Origin: Andalucia godoyi And28
Taxonomy: Eukaryota > Protista > Jakobida
DNA length: 64,000 nucleotides
Assembly: GCA_009859145.1 (NCBI GenBank)
Contig: VRVR01000039.1
Location: 128,284 to 192,283 of the forward strand
Direction of reading: 5' to 3'
Shown: piece after piece, positions 9,212 to 18,994 of the stretch
Layout: each line of letters begins with the position of its first letter
Position numbering within the stretch: the first letter of the stretch is position 1
Notes under the pieces: model-generated
The model's database searches: none
What the model was told of the DNA's origin: nothing
The model's input: only the letters and a program-made list of their open reading frames with translations
Position numbers and translations under genes: made by a program

Positions 9212-12200
9212 ATGGATGCCTTGAGGCAGCCTTCGCGCCCACCTCCTCCTTTAGGATCAGCCCCTTCTGCTCTTCGAGCAAATCCGACGACACAGTCAGT
9301 ATCACAACCACAATCACAATCCAGTGGTTCTTCGAACGCACAGCGCAGATTACCCGTTCAATCTCGTCCTCGTCCTGTATATACTGCATCAAATGCCGCT
9401 TTCCGTCCTCGTTTGGACGAGCCTGGTGCGGATGTTGAGGTTGTGCAGATTAATGATGCGTATGGCATGCGGCTCTCTTCTTCTGTTTCGGGTCCTGTAG
9501 CTGCTGGTACTTCTCCGTCCTCTCCAAGAGGCACGTCTTTTGGTGGGTATGTTCCGCCTTCTCACGCTGTGTTCCCTCGAAATCCGCCTCCATTGCCTTT
9601 GGCTATTCATGGGGTTTCAGCTGCCTCTCCAACTGACGTCAGGACGGATTCCGAGAAGAAATCGGAGAGACGATGGTTTTGGATCGGAATTGTCCACTGC
9701 ATCGCATTCTGGATACTGGTAGCGTTCTGCGTCTACACCTTCTTGTACATTCAAGAGGTGGAGTTAATTCGATACTCCTCGCTAAACCCCGACGTTGTCT
9801 ACGCCCAGTCCTTGCAGGCATCATCCCTTACCCTTTCTAACCCGAATAGTCAGTCATTAGTAGTAGAATCTACATCTGGATCTTCGTCACTTGTTGTGCA
9901 GTCGGCGAAAGGAGGTGCCCGGCTTGTTCTGCAAGAGAAACAAAATTCGGTTATCTTCTTGTCGAAACAAGGGACCTTTTCTTTGAGTATGAATGGCACC
10001 GAAACCATTATGGCATCGAATTCCGGAATGACTGTGCACGGAAATTTGACAGCAAACCAATTCACTGCCGATTCTTTGGATCTCTCCCAATCTCAGCAGA
10101 GAACGCCGTCCTCTGCAATTTCTCAGGTGCAAACATTCGCTGGAAGCCTCACAGCAATGCAAAATTCCGATATCATCCGTTTCGCATTTCTGAATGGGCA
10201 GCTTTTTTATTCGCAAAATGAGATTCCCACTTTCATCATAACCAACAATGTCCACATAACGCCTTACAGGGTCAATGGTAGTGTATTTCTTCAGGAAATG
10301 GTGGTTGATGCGGAGAGTTTGAGATGGAAAGGGTTCCGACTGTCGGTGATCGATGAAGGAGCTGTGAAATTTACGTCGCCGGGAACGTTCTTTTTCGTGT
10401 CGGCCACAGGGGCCATCGTGCTGGATGCGTGCTCGGTGGTGTTTCAGAACTCCTCGGCTCCAGTGGAAGTGCATCGAGTCATGTCTCCTGTGGGCCTGCC
10501 TCTTGTGCTAGGATCCTCCGAAGCGGTGTTGCTGAGCAGCAAGTCCGTGATCCTGAACTCGCCTGGAGGAGGTCGGTTGCATTCGTCGTCGTGGATGTCT
10601 TTGTCTTCGACTGCAGGGTATAATGTAAGACTTTCTGCAGGTTCGGAGAGCTTCGACGGAAGCGATGCTGTCGTTGTTGCGAATGCGACTGTTCCTGTTG
10701 GGCAAGAAGAGGTTGTTATTGATGCACCGGCAGGGCGTAAGAATGAGACTGTGTTTCGGTTGTCTGGTGGGTATCCGTCGCTACTTTTCGGAAGCAGTGC
10801 GTTCTCAAGCGGATCATTTTTTGCGATATCGGGAGACACGAGAGCGGCGGTTCTTTCGGTTTTTCACTCGTCCAATCGGAGCCGGCAAGTGTTGAGCATT
10901 CAACCTAGCAGAGATGATGGGGAAGTTCGGATGACGACGGGCAGCGCGCGGAGTCTTTTCTTGGAGAGTATCAGCGGAACTGCGTTCTTGGAGTTGCAGA
11001 AGGCATGGCGGATGTCGTCTGGACCGTCGCGGAGTCTGGAGCTTCATAACATTGATGCGGCCGGAGCCGGATCGATTTCGTGGATGGATGTTGGATTGCT
11101 GCGCCTTGTGAACGTGACTGTCGATTCGACGAGGCCTGTGCGAGCACCGGAGTTTTTTTCTGGTGCAAGTGCGGATGCGCTGCAGGGGGAATTTGTGTCG
11201 ATTACTGCAGCACTGGTCAATGTGTCTGAGGACTCAGTGCTGCGCGTTGGTCGTGGTATTGCTGAGATGAGCGGTGATTCTTTCGTGCTGCGAAGTATAT
11301 CTGGAAAGTCTATGGTGGTCTTCTCAGACGCAGGATTGCCAGCAGGCGGAGATTTGATTGTCAATGGCACATCGCGTGTGACGGTTTGTTCTGCGGCAGC
11401 GGATGTTCATATTCGTGCAAGCTCGCACGTGCGGTTGCTGTCGACGACCCAGTTTTGTCCGGAGGATGTGAATGATGTGCGTTGCGGATCGTGGTTTGCT
11501 GTGGACCCGAGTCTGCGAACCATCTCCTCTGACGCGCTGACGATTGACTTCAATCAATCGTCAATGAAGCTGCAAGCGATTGACGCGGACTACCTGTATA
11601 GTTCGTTGGGAGCATTGACTGTTGAATCGACTCGACTTCTGCAGGGCCGTGCAGGGCGAAATGGCGGGCTGTCTGACATGGGCATCATGTTCTGGAATTC
11701 CTCGATGATGACAGAACACGGTAATTTGTACCTGGAACCTCGAAACATGTCTGCTGCCGTTGAGATCGTTGGATCGAAGCGTTTTGTAGTGGGAGGCGTA
11801 TCTATCGATGGCTTATCGGGGCAAATTGTTGGAGGTGGCGGTGCGGTGGACGTACTGCGATCTCGTGTTTTGTTTTATGCAGATGGGTATATTGGCTCTG
11901 TTGGTAGTGTTGCGCTGAATGGCTCGGCAGGGCTTACGATTACGTCTCTTGAGGGCTCTCGGATGTTGCTGTATGGTGGGTCACGAGTAATTGATGGGGG
12001 TGAGATGATGCTAGACTGTGGTCGCGGTATTGTGTCCACAAGCGGCTCTGCGCTTCGATTAAACAGTTCTTCGATTGTGTTGGTCGATGGTGGCGCGTCT
12101 ACTCTTGTAGTCGGTAATAAGGACTCTGGGACATTTTTGGCGCTGCGTGCATGGGATGTATCGTCATTGAACATGACAATAGACTTTCGCAGATCCTCCA

Positions 12201-15200
12201 TCGAGGAAAGCGCTGGTAACCTCTCTATCGTTGCGGTGAACGGCTTTGTTGATATTTCGGCCGGCTCTGCTGTGATGCTGAGTTCGGGTGCAACGAAGCT
12301 TCTTAATCGCCAGTCGTCACTGGGTTTCGATTTTGCGTCACGCAAGTTGTTTACTTCGAAATCTGAAGGATTTGTGATTGATGTGGATTCTTTTGTTGAG
12401 ATTTATGGCAAGCAGTTGCTGGCGTTTGGTGCAACCGCGGATCGGCTTGTGATAAATGGCACCGGGCGTGTGATTACGGGTGGAAAGTTGTCCATGGCGT
12501 TTGGAGACTCGTTGCTGGAATCGTTGTCTGAAAACCCGTTGCGTCTTGTTTCGGGTGGAATGTTGCAAGTGAATGCGAGCGCTGGTGTGTACTTGGGGCG
12601 CCGTGCGGTTGTTTCGGATTTTGGAGAATCTCTTACTGTGAGTTTTGAGAATCGCACCATCGTGGCGAGCGGTGCCGCAACGCTGTTCTTGATGAGCGAC
12701 CGCTTGCAGTTCAGTTCCGTTTCTTCGGCGTTTTCCGATTTTAATGTGTCTTTTGTGTCTTCCGTCCCGGTTCGGATAGTGCGGACCGGCAATGCGTCAC
12801 CGACGCAGTTTTCGTTGGTTGGACAAGATGCAGTTTGCGATGGGTGTGCCCATGGAGGAGGTGTTGTAGTTGTTGGGGGATCTTCATTTTCTAGTTCGAA
12901 CGTGGGTGCTCGGGGAGGAGATGTGATTCTCGAAGGTGGTGGATCCATTGGTGCAGTTGGCTGGGGCGGCGATGTTGTGCTCCGTGGAGGTGCTTCTGGA
13001 AGCACCAGTCGAACTGGGAAGTTGCGATTAGAAGGCAGTGGCTTTCACCTGTTCCTGAAAACATTGAACATTTCCTTGGTGACCATGGACTCGTCTGGTG
13101 CTCTGATCCAATCAAACAAAAATTTGCAACTGTCTTTTTCAGCATTGACTTCGTCAGTGACTTTTCAATCAGGTATTTTTGTTTTTTCTGCCAATTCTTC
13201 GTTTGCTGCTGCGGGGGGTGCTTCGTCGGTTATATCTCGCACTGGTATCACGTTCTCCTCGGAATTTTCTTGCATACGCTCAAACTTACTGTATTGTTCA
13301 TTGTCCATGTACGCTTCTTCTTCGGTAATGCGACACCGCGATGTTGTGTTTCAAGCGACATCTTTACTGTCAGTCAGCTCGGGTTCTGTGTTTCGTCTTG
13401 GAATCGGTTCATCTGGAGCGACGTTGTCAACTTCCTCGCTGACATTGCCATTCAATGTACTGCTGGACATTGGAGATGGTATTTTGACACTACGCCGAAC
13501 GGCATCGGTGACTGCGGCAGGTGGTTTTTCAGTCGTTGGTCAACCATCTCTATCCAACAGCTGGGACGGAGGTTCCGTCCGAATGACCGGCGGAAACGTA
13601 TCTTCAGATGCTTTCGGGCTTCGTGGTGGATCAGTTCTCTTACGTGGTGGCTCTGGCAGTATGGATGCATCAGGTGGTCTTGTGCAGATTTCCGGAGGAA
13701 CCGGCTATGTTGGTGGATCGGTGTCTCTTCAAGCAGGCCGGGGAACCATTGTGCGCAATGGTTACATCACCATGACTAGTCCTGTGATGCGGTTTCGGTC
13801 TTCTAAATCGACGACGAGCATGGTGGAATTCGATGGAACTTTAACGACAAAGAAAATCGAGATCGGATACTTTGATGCGATGGCTCCTGAAAGTACAAAC
13901 AATACCCTCAGTCTATGTCTTTCAGCATTCGAAATGACCCTGATCGGAGGAACGATCATTCACCTGCAGACCATTCAAAGTACAAGCAGGAACTCTTCGA
14001 TAATGATTGGAAATCACGTTTCGGTTTCTGGATTTGAAACCAATGTGGTGTCCGTTCGTGGACAGATTGTGCGTTTGATTGACTCCCAGTTCTCAGTTGG
14101 CTTGGAGATGCGCAATGATTCTCTCGTGGTCAACAGAAGCCAGTCGGTTTCGATGTCATCTGGCGCGGATCTGTCGCTGTACGCTGGGTCGTCGATGGTG
14201 CTGTTCACAGGCGACGGTGGCTTGTCGGTTCTGCATCGTATTAGTGTGAATCCGCTGTCTGTGTGGCTAGGGACAGGAGTCAGCGATGTTGTCGTTTCCC
14301 GACCGAAATCAGTTGGCACTGCAGGGCATATGACTTCGGTATTTGGACAGAACGCTTGTGTGGGATGCGGATCTGGAGGAGGTGTGTTGATTGCAGCAGG
14401 CTCCGGCGACAGCGCAGTGTCGATTCCGTCTTCTGCAGGAGGTGTAACAACTGTTTCTGGAGGTAATGGGTTTGGTTTGGCGAATGGCGGCGATGTTGTC
14501 CTTCTGTCAGGAAATGCAACTACTGTTGGCTCTGCAGGCAACATTGTGCTGGTAACTGGAGCTGGTCAGTCGGGTGCATTGCATGGCTCTGTGCGTGTCA
14601 AGTCCTATGAATTCAGCGTTTCGTCGCCGGCTGCAGGAGATGTAGTGCTGTCAGTTCGCTCGTATGGATATGGCAATTCTTATTCGGAAGTGCGTATTGG
14701 AAATGCAGATACGCGAGTGTCTCCGGAAATGTCTGCATTCACGAGAAGTGTGGGTGTGCGTGGTGATAACGTGAGCATTTCTGGTGGCTCTGGGGTTTTT
14801 GTGAACACCGAAAGAAATGCGGCAGTGTATGAAACCAGGATTCTTGTGGGCAATCATTATGTTGCAGCTGAGAACAGCACCGGTGTTGTTTCTGTGCAAG
14901 CGGGGAAGGTGCAGCTCCGGGATTCGTTGGGGGCGTTGAGCATGGAGGTTGGTGGTTCGTATGCAGTGTTTAATCGAAGTCAAAACATTTCAATGTGGAC
15001 GGATGTATTTTCTCTGTCGGCAGTTTCAGAGGTGCGAATTGGCGTTGGTGCCGTTGGGGTATCCGTGAGCCCAAGTCCTGCTATTGTGGATCTGCGTGTG
15101 TCTCTGGGATCTGGTGCTAGCCGAGTCATTGTGAAGAGGCCGGAGTCGTTTGGAGGTGCCGGTCATGGAACATTGGTGTACGGACAAAGTGCATGCAGCG

Positions 15201-18067
15201 GCTGTGGGGCTGGTGGTGGGCTGGAATTTAGTGCCGGAAGTGGTAGTTGGTTTTCCGCAGTGTCGATACCCTCTGGTGGGGACATTGTTCTACGAGGAGG
15301 AGAGGGACAAGGACAGGCTTTCGGTGGAAACGTGTTTGTGACTGCCGGTAATGCGAGTTCAGCCGTCGGAGGCTCTGTGTACATAGAAAGTGGCTATGGA
15401 GCGAATGCGGATGCAACGGGGTCTGTTTTTGTGGACACACAGAATTTTGCCGTCCGGAGCCGTAGTGGGCAAGAGATTGTGTTTCTCGTGGACACTGCTC
15501 AGAGCAGCTTGTCTGTCGATCGAGTGTTGGTTGGGAATTGGAATGGGTCGCTGACCGCGTCTTCTGTTGCCTACACAGATGTTGTGGGCATCCGAGCTCG
15601 GAATGTCTCGATTGTTGGTGGCGAGAGTATTGAGTTCATCACGGAGACGAACATTTCGTCTGTGTCATCAATTTATGTTGGTTCGCACGGCGATCCACTG
15701 TCAGCGACTTCTCTGGTGTCTTTGCGCGGGAAGGTAGTTCAAGTTCTGGACGATTTTGGTGTTCTGTGGCTTTCCAGTTTTTTGAATGCTTTTCAGCTGA
15801 ATGCGCAGACGTTTGCTGTTGATTGTGACAATCTGCTTTTGTCTTCTTCAGTTCTTTCACAGATTGTTGTCAATAATTCGCAGTTTTTTTTGCATCCGGC
15901 GAACAAAAGTACTCCGTTGATTGTGACAATTGGGTCATCCAGGTCCGATGTTGTTTTGAGTAGGCCCGTTTCGTTTTCTGGTCCTGGTCACTCATTTTTC
16001 TTTGAGGGCCAGGATGGTTGTTTTAGCTGTGGGAGTGGCGGAGGATGGTCTGTTGTTGCCGGTTCTGCGCATTCTTTGTCATCATTTGATGCAGGTGGAA
16101 GTGTGTCATTCTTCGGTGGTCTCGGAATCAATGGTTCATCTGCTGGTAATGTCGATTTCTTCGCAGGAAACAGCAGTCTAGGAACTCCTGGAAATGTTTA
16201 TGTAAGGAGTGGCTCTGGTCTTTCTCGTGTTTCTGTAGAGGCGCAGACTTCTGTTTTTCGCTCTGTCTCAGGAAAGAATGTGTCTCTTCTTTCATTTTCA
16301 TTTCCAAGCTTACTGAATCCTTTGAAGCCGTCCGTTCTGTTTGGCGATGTCTATTCCAATATTGTAGCGTATGCTTCTATGCGATCTGCGAATATTACAA
16401 TCTCTACGGGTCGAAGTATGCAGATTTGGACTTCGGAACCGTCATCGAGTATTCTTTTAGGAACCAGTTCTCTTGGCGTGACAGAACAGGTCTCCATTCT
16501 TGCAAGGAGCGTTTTCTGCATTGATCGATTCGAAAATCCATCAGTCATAACAAACGATTCTGCGCTGTCGTTTTCTCGTAATTCTACTATTGATTTGGCT
16601 TCTGATGTGGTGACTTTGAAGGGGACATTTCAAACTCAGGTAATCGCTGGGTCTGATGGCATTGTGCTTTCTCCAAAAGGCTTGCGGGATCGTTTCATTC
16701 TAGTCATTGGAATGCAGGGAAGCGTTGTTTTTGATAGGCCACAAGGGAGTGTGTCGTCTGCGAGTTATACTTACTTTCGAGGGCAATCTGCTTGCGGAAA
16801 TTGTGGCAGTGGTGGCGTCCTCAAATTTTGCGGTGGAAGTGGTGATTATCCAACTTCATCTGCAAGTGGAGGTGTAATCATCCTCACTGGCGGTGATGGT
16901 AGGTCCTCTGCTAGTGGCGGTGCGATTGTTATGCGGAGTGGTAATTCGTCAAGTGCAAATGGGGGAAGTTTAGATTTTCAAACTGGATTCGGGTTGTTTG
17001 GTTCTTTACGTGGAAGGGTGATCGCAGAAGCCTATAGTGTTGCCTTACGAGGTTCTGCAGCTCATGTTATTTTTTTAGCAAGACCTCAGGTTTCTGGTAC
17101 TGATATATTAGGGGTGTTTGTTGGCAATCAGGATCCGAGTATAGTGCCCGGTTCTGAGTTGTATTCCGCTGAAATACGAGCAAGAGGAGACAATGTTACG
17201 TTTCAAGCTGCAGTATGCCATCGGTGGATCACTGAGTCTTCTCCAGTGTCATCGAATACTGCTATTGAAATTGGCGATTCTACGTCATTGTCTTCTGGGT
17301 ATCCTCGAAATCTGCTGTTTCGTTCAGGATCTGTACAAATGATGGATTCGTCTCTTGTGTCCTCGCTGTTTATTGATTCTTCCTCTGCTACACTTTCTCG
17401 TTCATCTAATTTGTACGTCAAAACATCTTCTGGGCAGACAACCTCAATCTACTTTGGAATTTCTCCATCTGATTCCCCGTTATCGGCTACGGAAAACATT
17501 ACAATCCGAGCACGGACGTTTGCCGTGTTTCAGGAGCTGTCTTCTGTTAGTGCCCGAATCGAGGTCACGGCAACCGATCTTTATTTCAGAGTGGCCTCGG
17601 GAAATGCAGTGATTGTCCAAGGAGGTGACTTGAATGTTGCTTCTGGTAAGGTTCGTGAAGCAGGATCGGCCATAGTGCCATCAGGTGCGATCCTGTTCTT
17701 TTCATCCTCTTGTCCTTCAGGGTTTACGGAGTTTGTCAGTGCGTCTGGTCGCGCAATTTTTGGTCCCACAACTACGTATCCTGTGGGAACCATCCTTGGA
17801 TCGTCACTTACTGCATCATTTTCAACGTTTCAGTTTTCCGTTCCTTCGCAGACAGTCACTGTTTCTCTTTCTCATGGTCACTCTACATTTAATGATATCT
17901 TGCCGTATTCTTGCGGCCAATACTATTGTGGGCCGTTGAATGTGCACACCGCTGGCTCCATTAGCCCTTCCACTGTGGATGTGTCTGTGTCTTCGGTGTT
18001 GACAACATCTGTTAGTCTTCCGTCTATTTTACCCATGGTCTTTTTGAGACTTTGTCAAAAGGATTAA
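9212..18067 (+). CDS. giant type II membrane protein (2951 aa), Gly-rich/CxxC repeat stalk, C-terminal phage tail-collar-like domain
   Basis: Pro/Ser-rich N-terminus and one TM helix (WFWIGIVHCIAFWILVAFCVYTFLYI, ~9673-9750), then a beta-rich region with many NxS/T sequons and GQxxCxxCGxGG + GGxVxLxGG repeats. C-terminus VPSGAILFFSSSCPSGFTE..GR..G....HGH....LPMVFLRLCQKD resembles tail-collar/short-tail-fibre domains. Confidence 0.85.
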   Translation: MDALRQPSRPPPPLGSAPSALRANPTTQSVSQPQSQSSGSSNAQRRLPVQSRPRPVYTASNAAFRPRLDEPGADVEVVQINDAYGMRLSSSVSGPVAAGTSPSSPRGTSFGGYVPPSHAVFPRNPPPLPLAIHGVSAASPTDVRTDSEKKSERRWFWIGIVHCIAFWILVAFCVYTFLYIQEVELIRYSSLNPDVVYAQSLQASSLTLSNPNSQSLVVESTSGSSSLVVQSAKGGARLVLQEKQNSVIFLSKQGTFSLSMNGTETIMASNSGMTVHGNLTANQFTADSLDLSQSQQRTPSSAISQVQTFAGSLTAMQNSDIIRFAFLNGQLFYSQNEIPTFIITNNVHITPYRVNGSVFLQEMVVDAESLRWKGFRLSVIDEGAVKFTSPGTFFFVSATGAIVLDACSVVFQNSSAPVEVHRVMSPVGLPLVLGSSEAVLLSSKSVILNSPGGGRLHSSSWMSLSSTAGYNVRLSAGSESFDGSDAVVVANATVPVGQEEVVIDAPAGRKNETVFRLSGGYPSLLFGSSAFSSGSFFAISGDTRAAVLSVFHSSNRSRQVLSIQPSRDDGEVRMTTGSARSLFLESISGTAFLELQKAWRMSSGPSRSLELHNIDAAGAGSISWMDVGLLRLVNVTVDSTRPVRAPEFFSGASADALQGEFVSITAALVNVSEDSVLRVGRGIAEMSGDSFVLRSISGKSMVVFSDAGLPAGGDLIVNGTSRVTVCSAAADVHIRASSHVRLLSTTQFCPEDVNDVRCGSWFAVDPSLRTISSDALTIDFNQSSMKLQAIDADYLYSSLGALTVESTRLLQGRAGRNGGLSDMGIMFWNSSMMTEHGNLYLEPRNMSAAVEIVGSKRFVVGGVSIDGLSGQIVGGGGAVDVLRSRVLFYADGYIGSVGSVALNGSAGLTITSLEGSRMLLYGGSRVIDGGEMMLDCGRGIVSTSGSALRLNSSSIVLVDGGASTLVVGNKDSGTFLALRAWDVSSLNMTIDFRRSSIEESAGNLSIVAVNGFVDISAGSAVMLSSGATKLLNRQSSLGFDFASRKLFTSKSEGFVIDVDSFVEIYGKQLLAFGATADRLVINGTGRVITGGKLSMAFGDSLLESLSENPLRLVSGGMLQVNASAGVYLGRRAVVSDFGESLTVSFENRTIVASGAATLFLMSDRLQFSSVSSAFSDFNVSFVSSVPVRIVRTGNASPTQFSLVGQDAVCDGCAHGGGVVVVGGSSFSSSNVGARGGDVILEGGGSIGAVGWGGDVVLRGGASGSTSRTGKLRLEGSGFHLFLKTLNISLVTMDSSGALIQSNKNLQLSFSALTSSVTFQSGIFVFSANSSFAAAGGASSVISRTGITFSSEFSCIRSNLLYCSLSMYASSSVMRHRDVVFQATSLLSVSSGSVFRLGIGSSGATLSTSSLTLPFNVLLDIGDGILTLRRTASVTAAGGFSVVGQPSLSNSWDGGSVRMTGGNVSSDAFGLRGGSVLLRGGSGSMDASGGLVQISGGTGYVGGSVSLQAGRGTIVRNGYITMTSPVMRFRSSKSTTSMVEFDGTLTTKKIEIGYFDAMAPESTNNTLSLCLSAFEMTLIGGTIIHLQTIQSTSRNSSIMIGNHVSVSGFETNVVSVRGQIVRLIDSQFSVGLEMRNDSLVVNRSQSVSMSSGADLSLYAGSSMVLFTGDGGLSVLHRISVNPLSVWLGTGVSDVVVSRPKSVGTAGHMTSVFGQNACVGCGSGGGVLIAAGSGDSAVSIPSSAGGVTTVSGGNGFGLANGGDVVLLSGNATTVGSAGNIVLVTGAGQSGALHGSVRVKSYEFSVSSPAAGDVVLSVRSYGYGNSYSEVRIGNADTRVSPEMSAFTRSVGVRGDNVSISGGSGVFVNTERNAAVYETRILVGNHYVAAENSTGVVSVQAGKVQLRDSLGALSMEVGGSYAVFNRSQNISMWTDVFSLSAVSEVRIGVGAVGVSVSPSPAIVDLRVSLGSGASRVIVKRPESFGGAGHGTLVYGQSACSGCGAGGGLEFSAGSGSWFSAVSIPSGGDIVLRGGEGQGQAFGGNVFVTAGNASSAVGGSVYIESGYGANADATGSVFVDTQNFAVRSRSGQEIVFLVDTAQSSLSVDRVLVGNWNGSLTASSVAYTDVVGIRARNVSIVGGESIEFITETNISSVSSIYVGSHGDPLSATSLVSLRGKVVQVLDDFGVLWLSSFLNAFQLNAQTFAVDCDNLLLSSSVLSQIVVNNSQFFLHPANKSTPLIVTIGSSRSDVVLSRPVSFSGPGHSFFFEGQDGCFSCGSGGGWSVVAGSAHSLSSFDAGGSVSFFGGLGINGSSAGNVDFFAGNSSLGTPGNVYVRSGSGLSRVSVEAQTSVFRSVSGKNVSLLSFSFPSLLNPLKPSVLFGDVYSNIVAYASMRSANITISTGRSMQIWTSEPSSSILLGTSSLGVTEQVSILARSVFCIDRFENPSVITNDSALSFSRNSTIDLASDVVTLKGTFQTQVIAGSDGIVLSPKGLRDRFILVIGMQGSVVFDRPQGSVSSASYTYFRGQSACGNCGSGGVLKFCGGSGDYPTSSASGGVIILTGGDGRSSASGGAIVMRSGNSSSANGGSLDFQTGFGLFGSLRGRVIAEAYSVALRGSAAHVIFLARPQVSGTDILGVFVGNQDPSIVPGSELYSAEIRARGDNVTFQAAVCHRWITESSPVSSNTAIEIGDSTSLSSGYPRNLLFRSGSVQMMDSSLVSSLFIDSSSATLSRSSNLYVKTSSGQTTSIYFGISPSDSPLSATENITIRARTFAVFQELSSVSARIEVTATDLYFRVASGNAVIVQGGDLNVASGKVREAGSAIVPSGAILFFSSSCPSGFTEFVSASGRAIFGPTTTYPVGTILGSSLTASFSTFQFSVPSQTVTVSLSHGHSTFNDILPYSCGQYYCGPLNVHTAGSISPSTVDVSVSSVLTTSVSLPSILPMVFLRLCQKD
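10248..10406 (+). repeat. 159-bp exact direct repeat, copy 1 (partner 20445-20603)
   Basis: Base-by-base identity from ATGTCCACATAACG to GTGTCGGCCA; offset 10,197 bp; flanks diverge immediately on both sides. Confidence 0.95.
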
Positions 18068-18994
18068 GTCCATGGCTGTGAAGACGTTCGTTTGACGAAA
18101 GGCTGTGTATGTGACGAACAACAATGTGAGCATTTGTGTTCAGAATAGTGTGTTTTCTGTGATGAGGGTCATGGGATGAGAATCTTAGCAGGAGGAAGTC
18201 TCAGCATTTCGATAAATCATAGACAGTACGTGAGTATCGTGAGCAAGTTCAAAAATAAGGTCCAGTCGTGTGTTTCTGACCGCCAGATTCCGGTAGAACA
18301 TCTACGTGTAATGCGGCGCTCTTGCGCACTGCAAGCATTCAGAATAGGCAGGGGAAAGTTCAGATGTCTCTTCATTGAATTGTGGTCTTTTTACTGGAAT
18401 GAAAGCTCGTAATGTCTGCTGATGCTGTACATCTGTCAGTGGACTCCTTAAAGATTTGCGACCACCCGTCATCCATTGGAATCACTCAAAACGTGCGTTG
18501 TCTCCGTTTTAGAAACACGTCATTGATCTCAATGCTTTGCCGTTGGGTCGATAAGATCTTTACACGTGCGTCTGTTGTCTGAGAGGAAGCGATAGCTCCG
18601 ATTATCTCATGAAAACGTTTATGCTCCCATGAATGAAATGCCCCGTCCTTACATTCTCAAATTTTCCGTCAGCAAACAACACTTTTTTTCAATTGTCTTT
18701 GCTCATCTGCACGTCTGCTCGCATCACAGCATTTTGTGCTTGGGCCTCAGGAAACTTGTGAGTAGGGAAACTGGGGACTTCTTGGCGGCTTTCGTTGCCA
18801 GACCTCCCCCCTCTTTCTTTGTTCTATTACGATGTTATTCGTCTTTTTATTTGAACAGCACATCCTATCTTAGTTGACGCTATTTTCCCCGCAAAATACC
18901 CTGTTTTCGTGCTCAGATTCGTGTTTCAATTTGATTTCAACCGTAAGGACGCTGTTTTTTTCACACCATATAAATCAAGCATCCCATCGATGCA

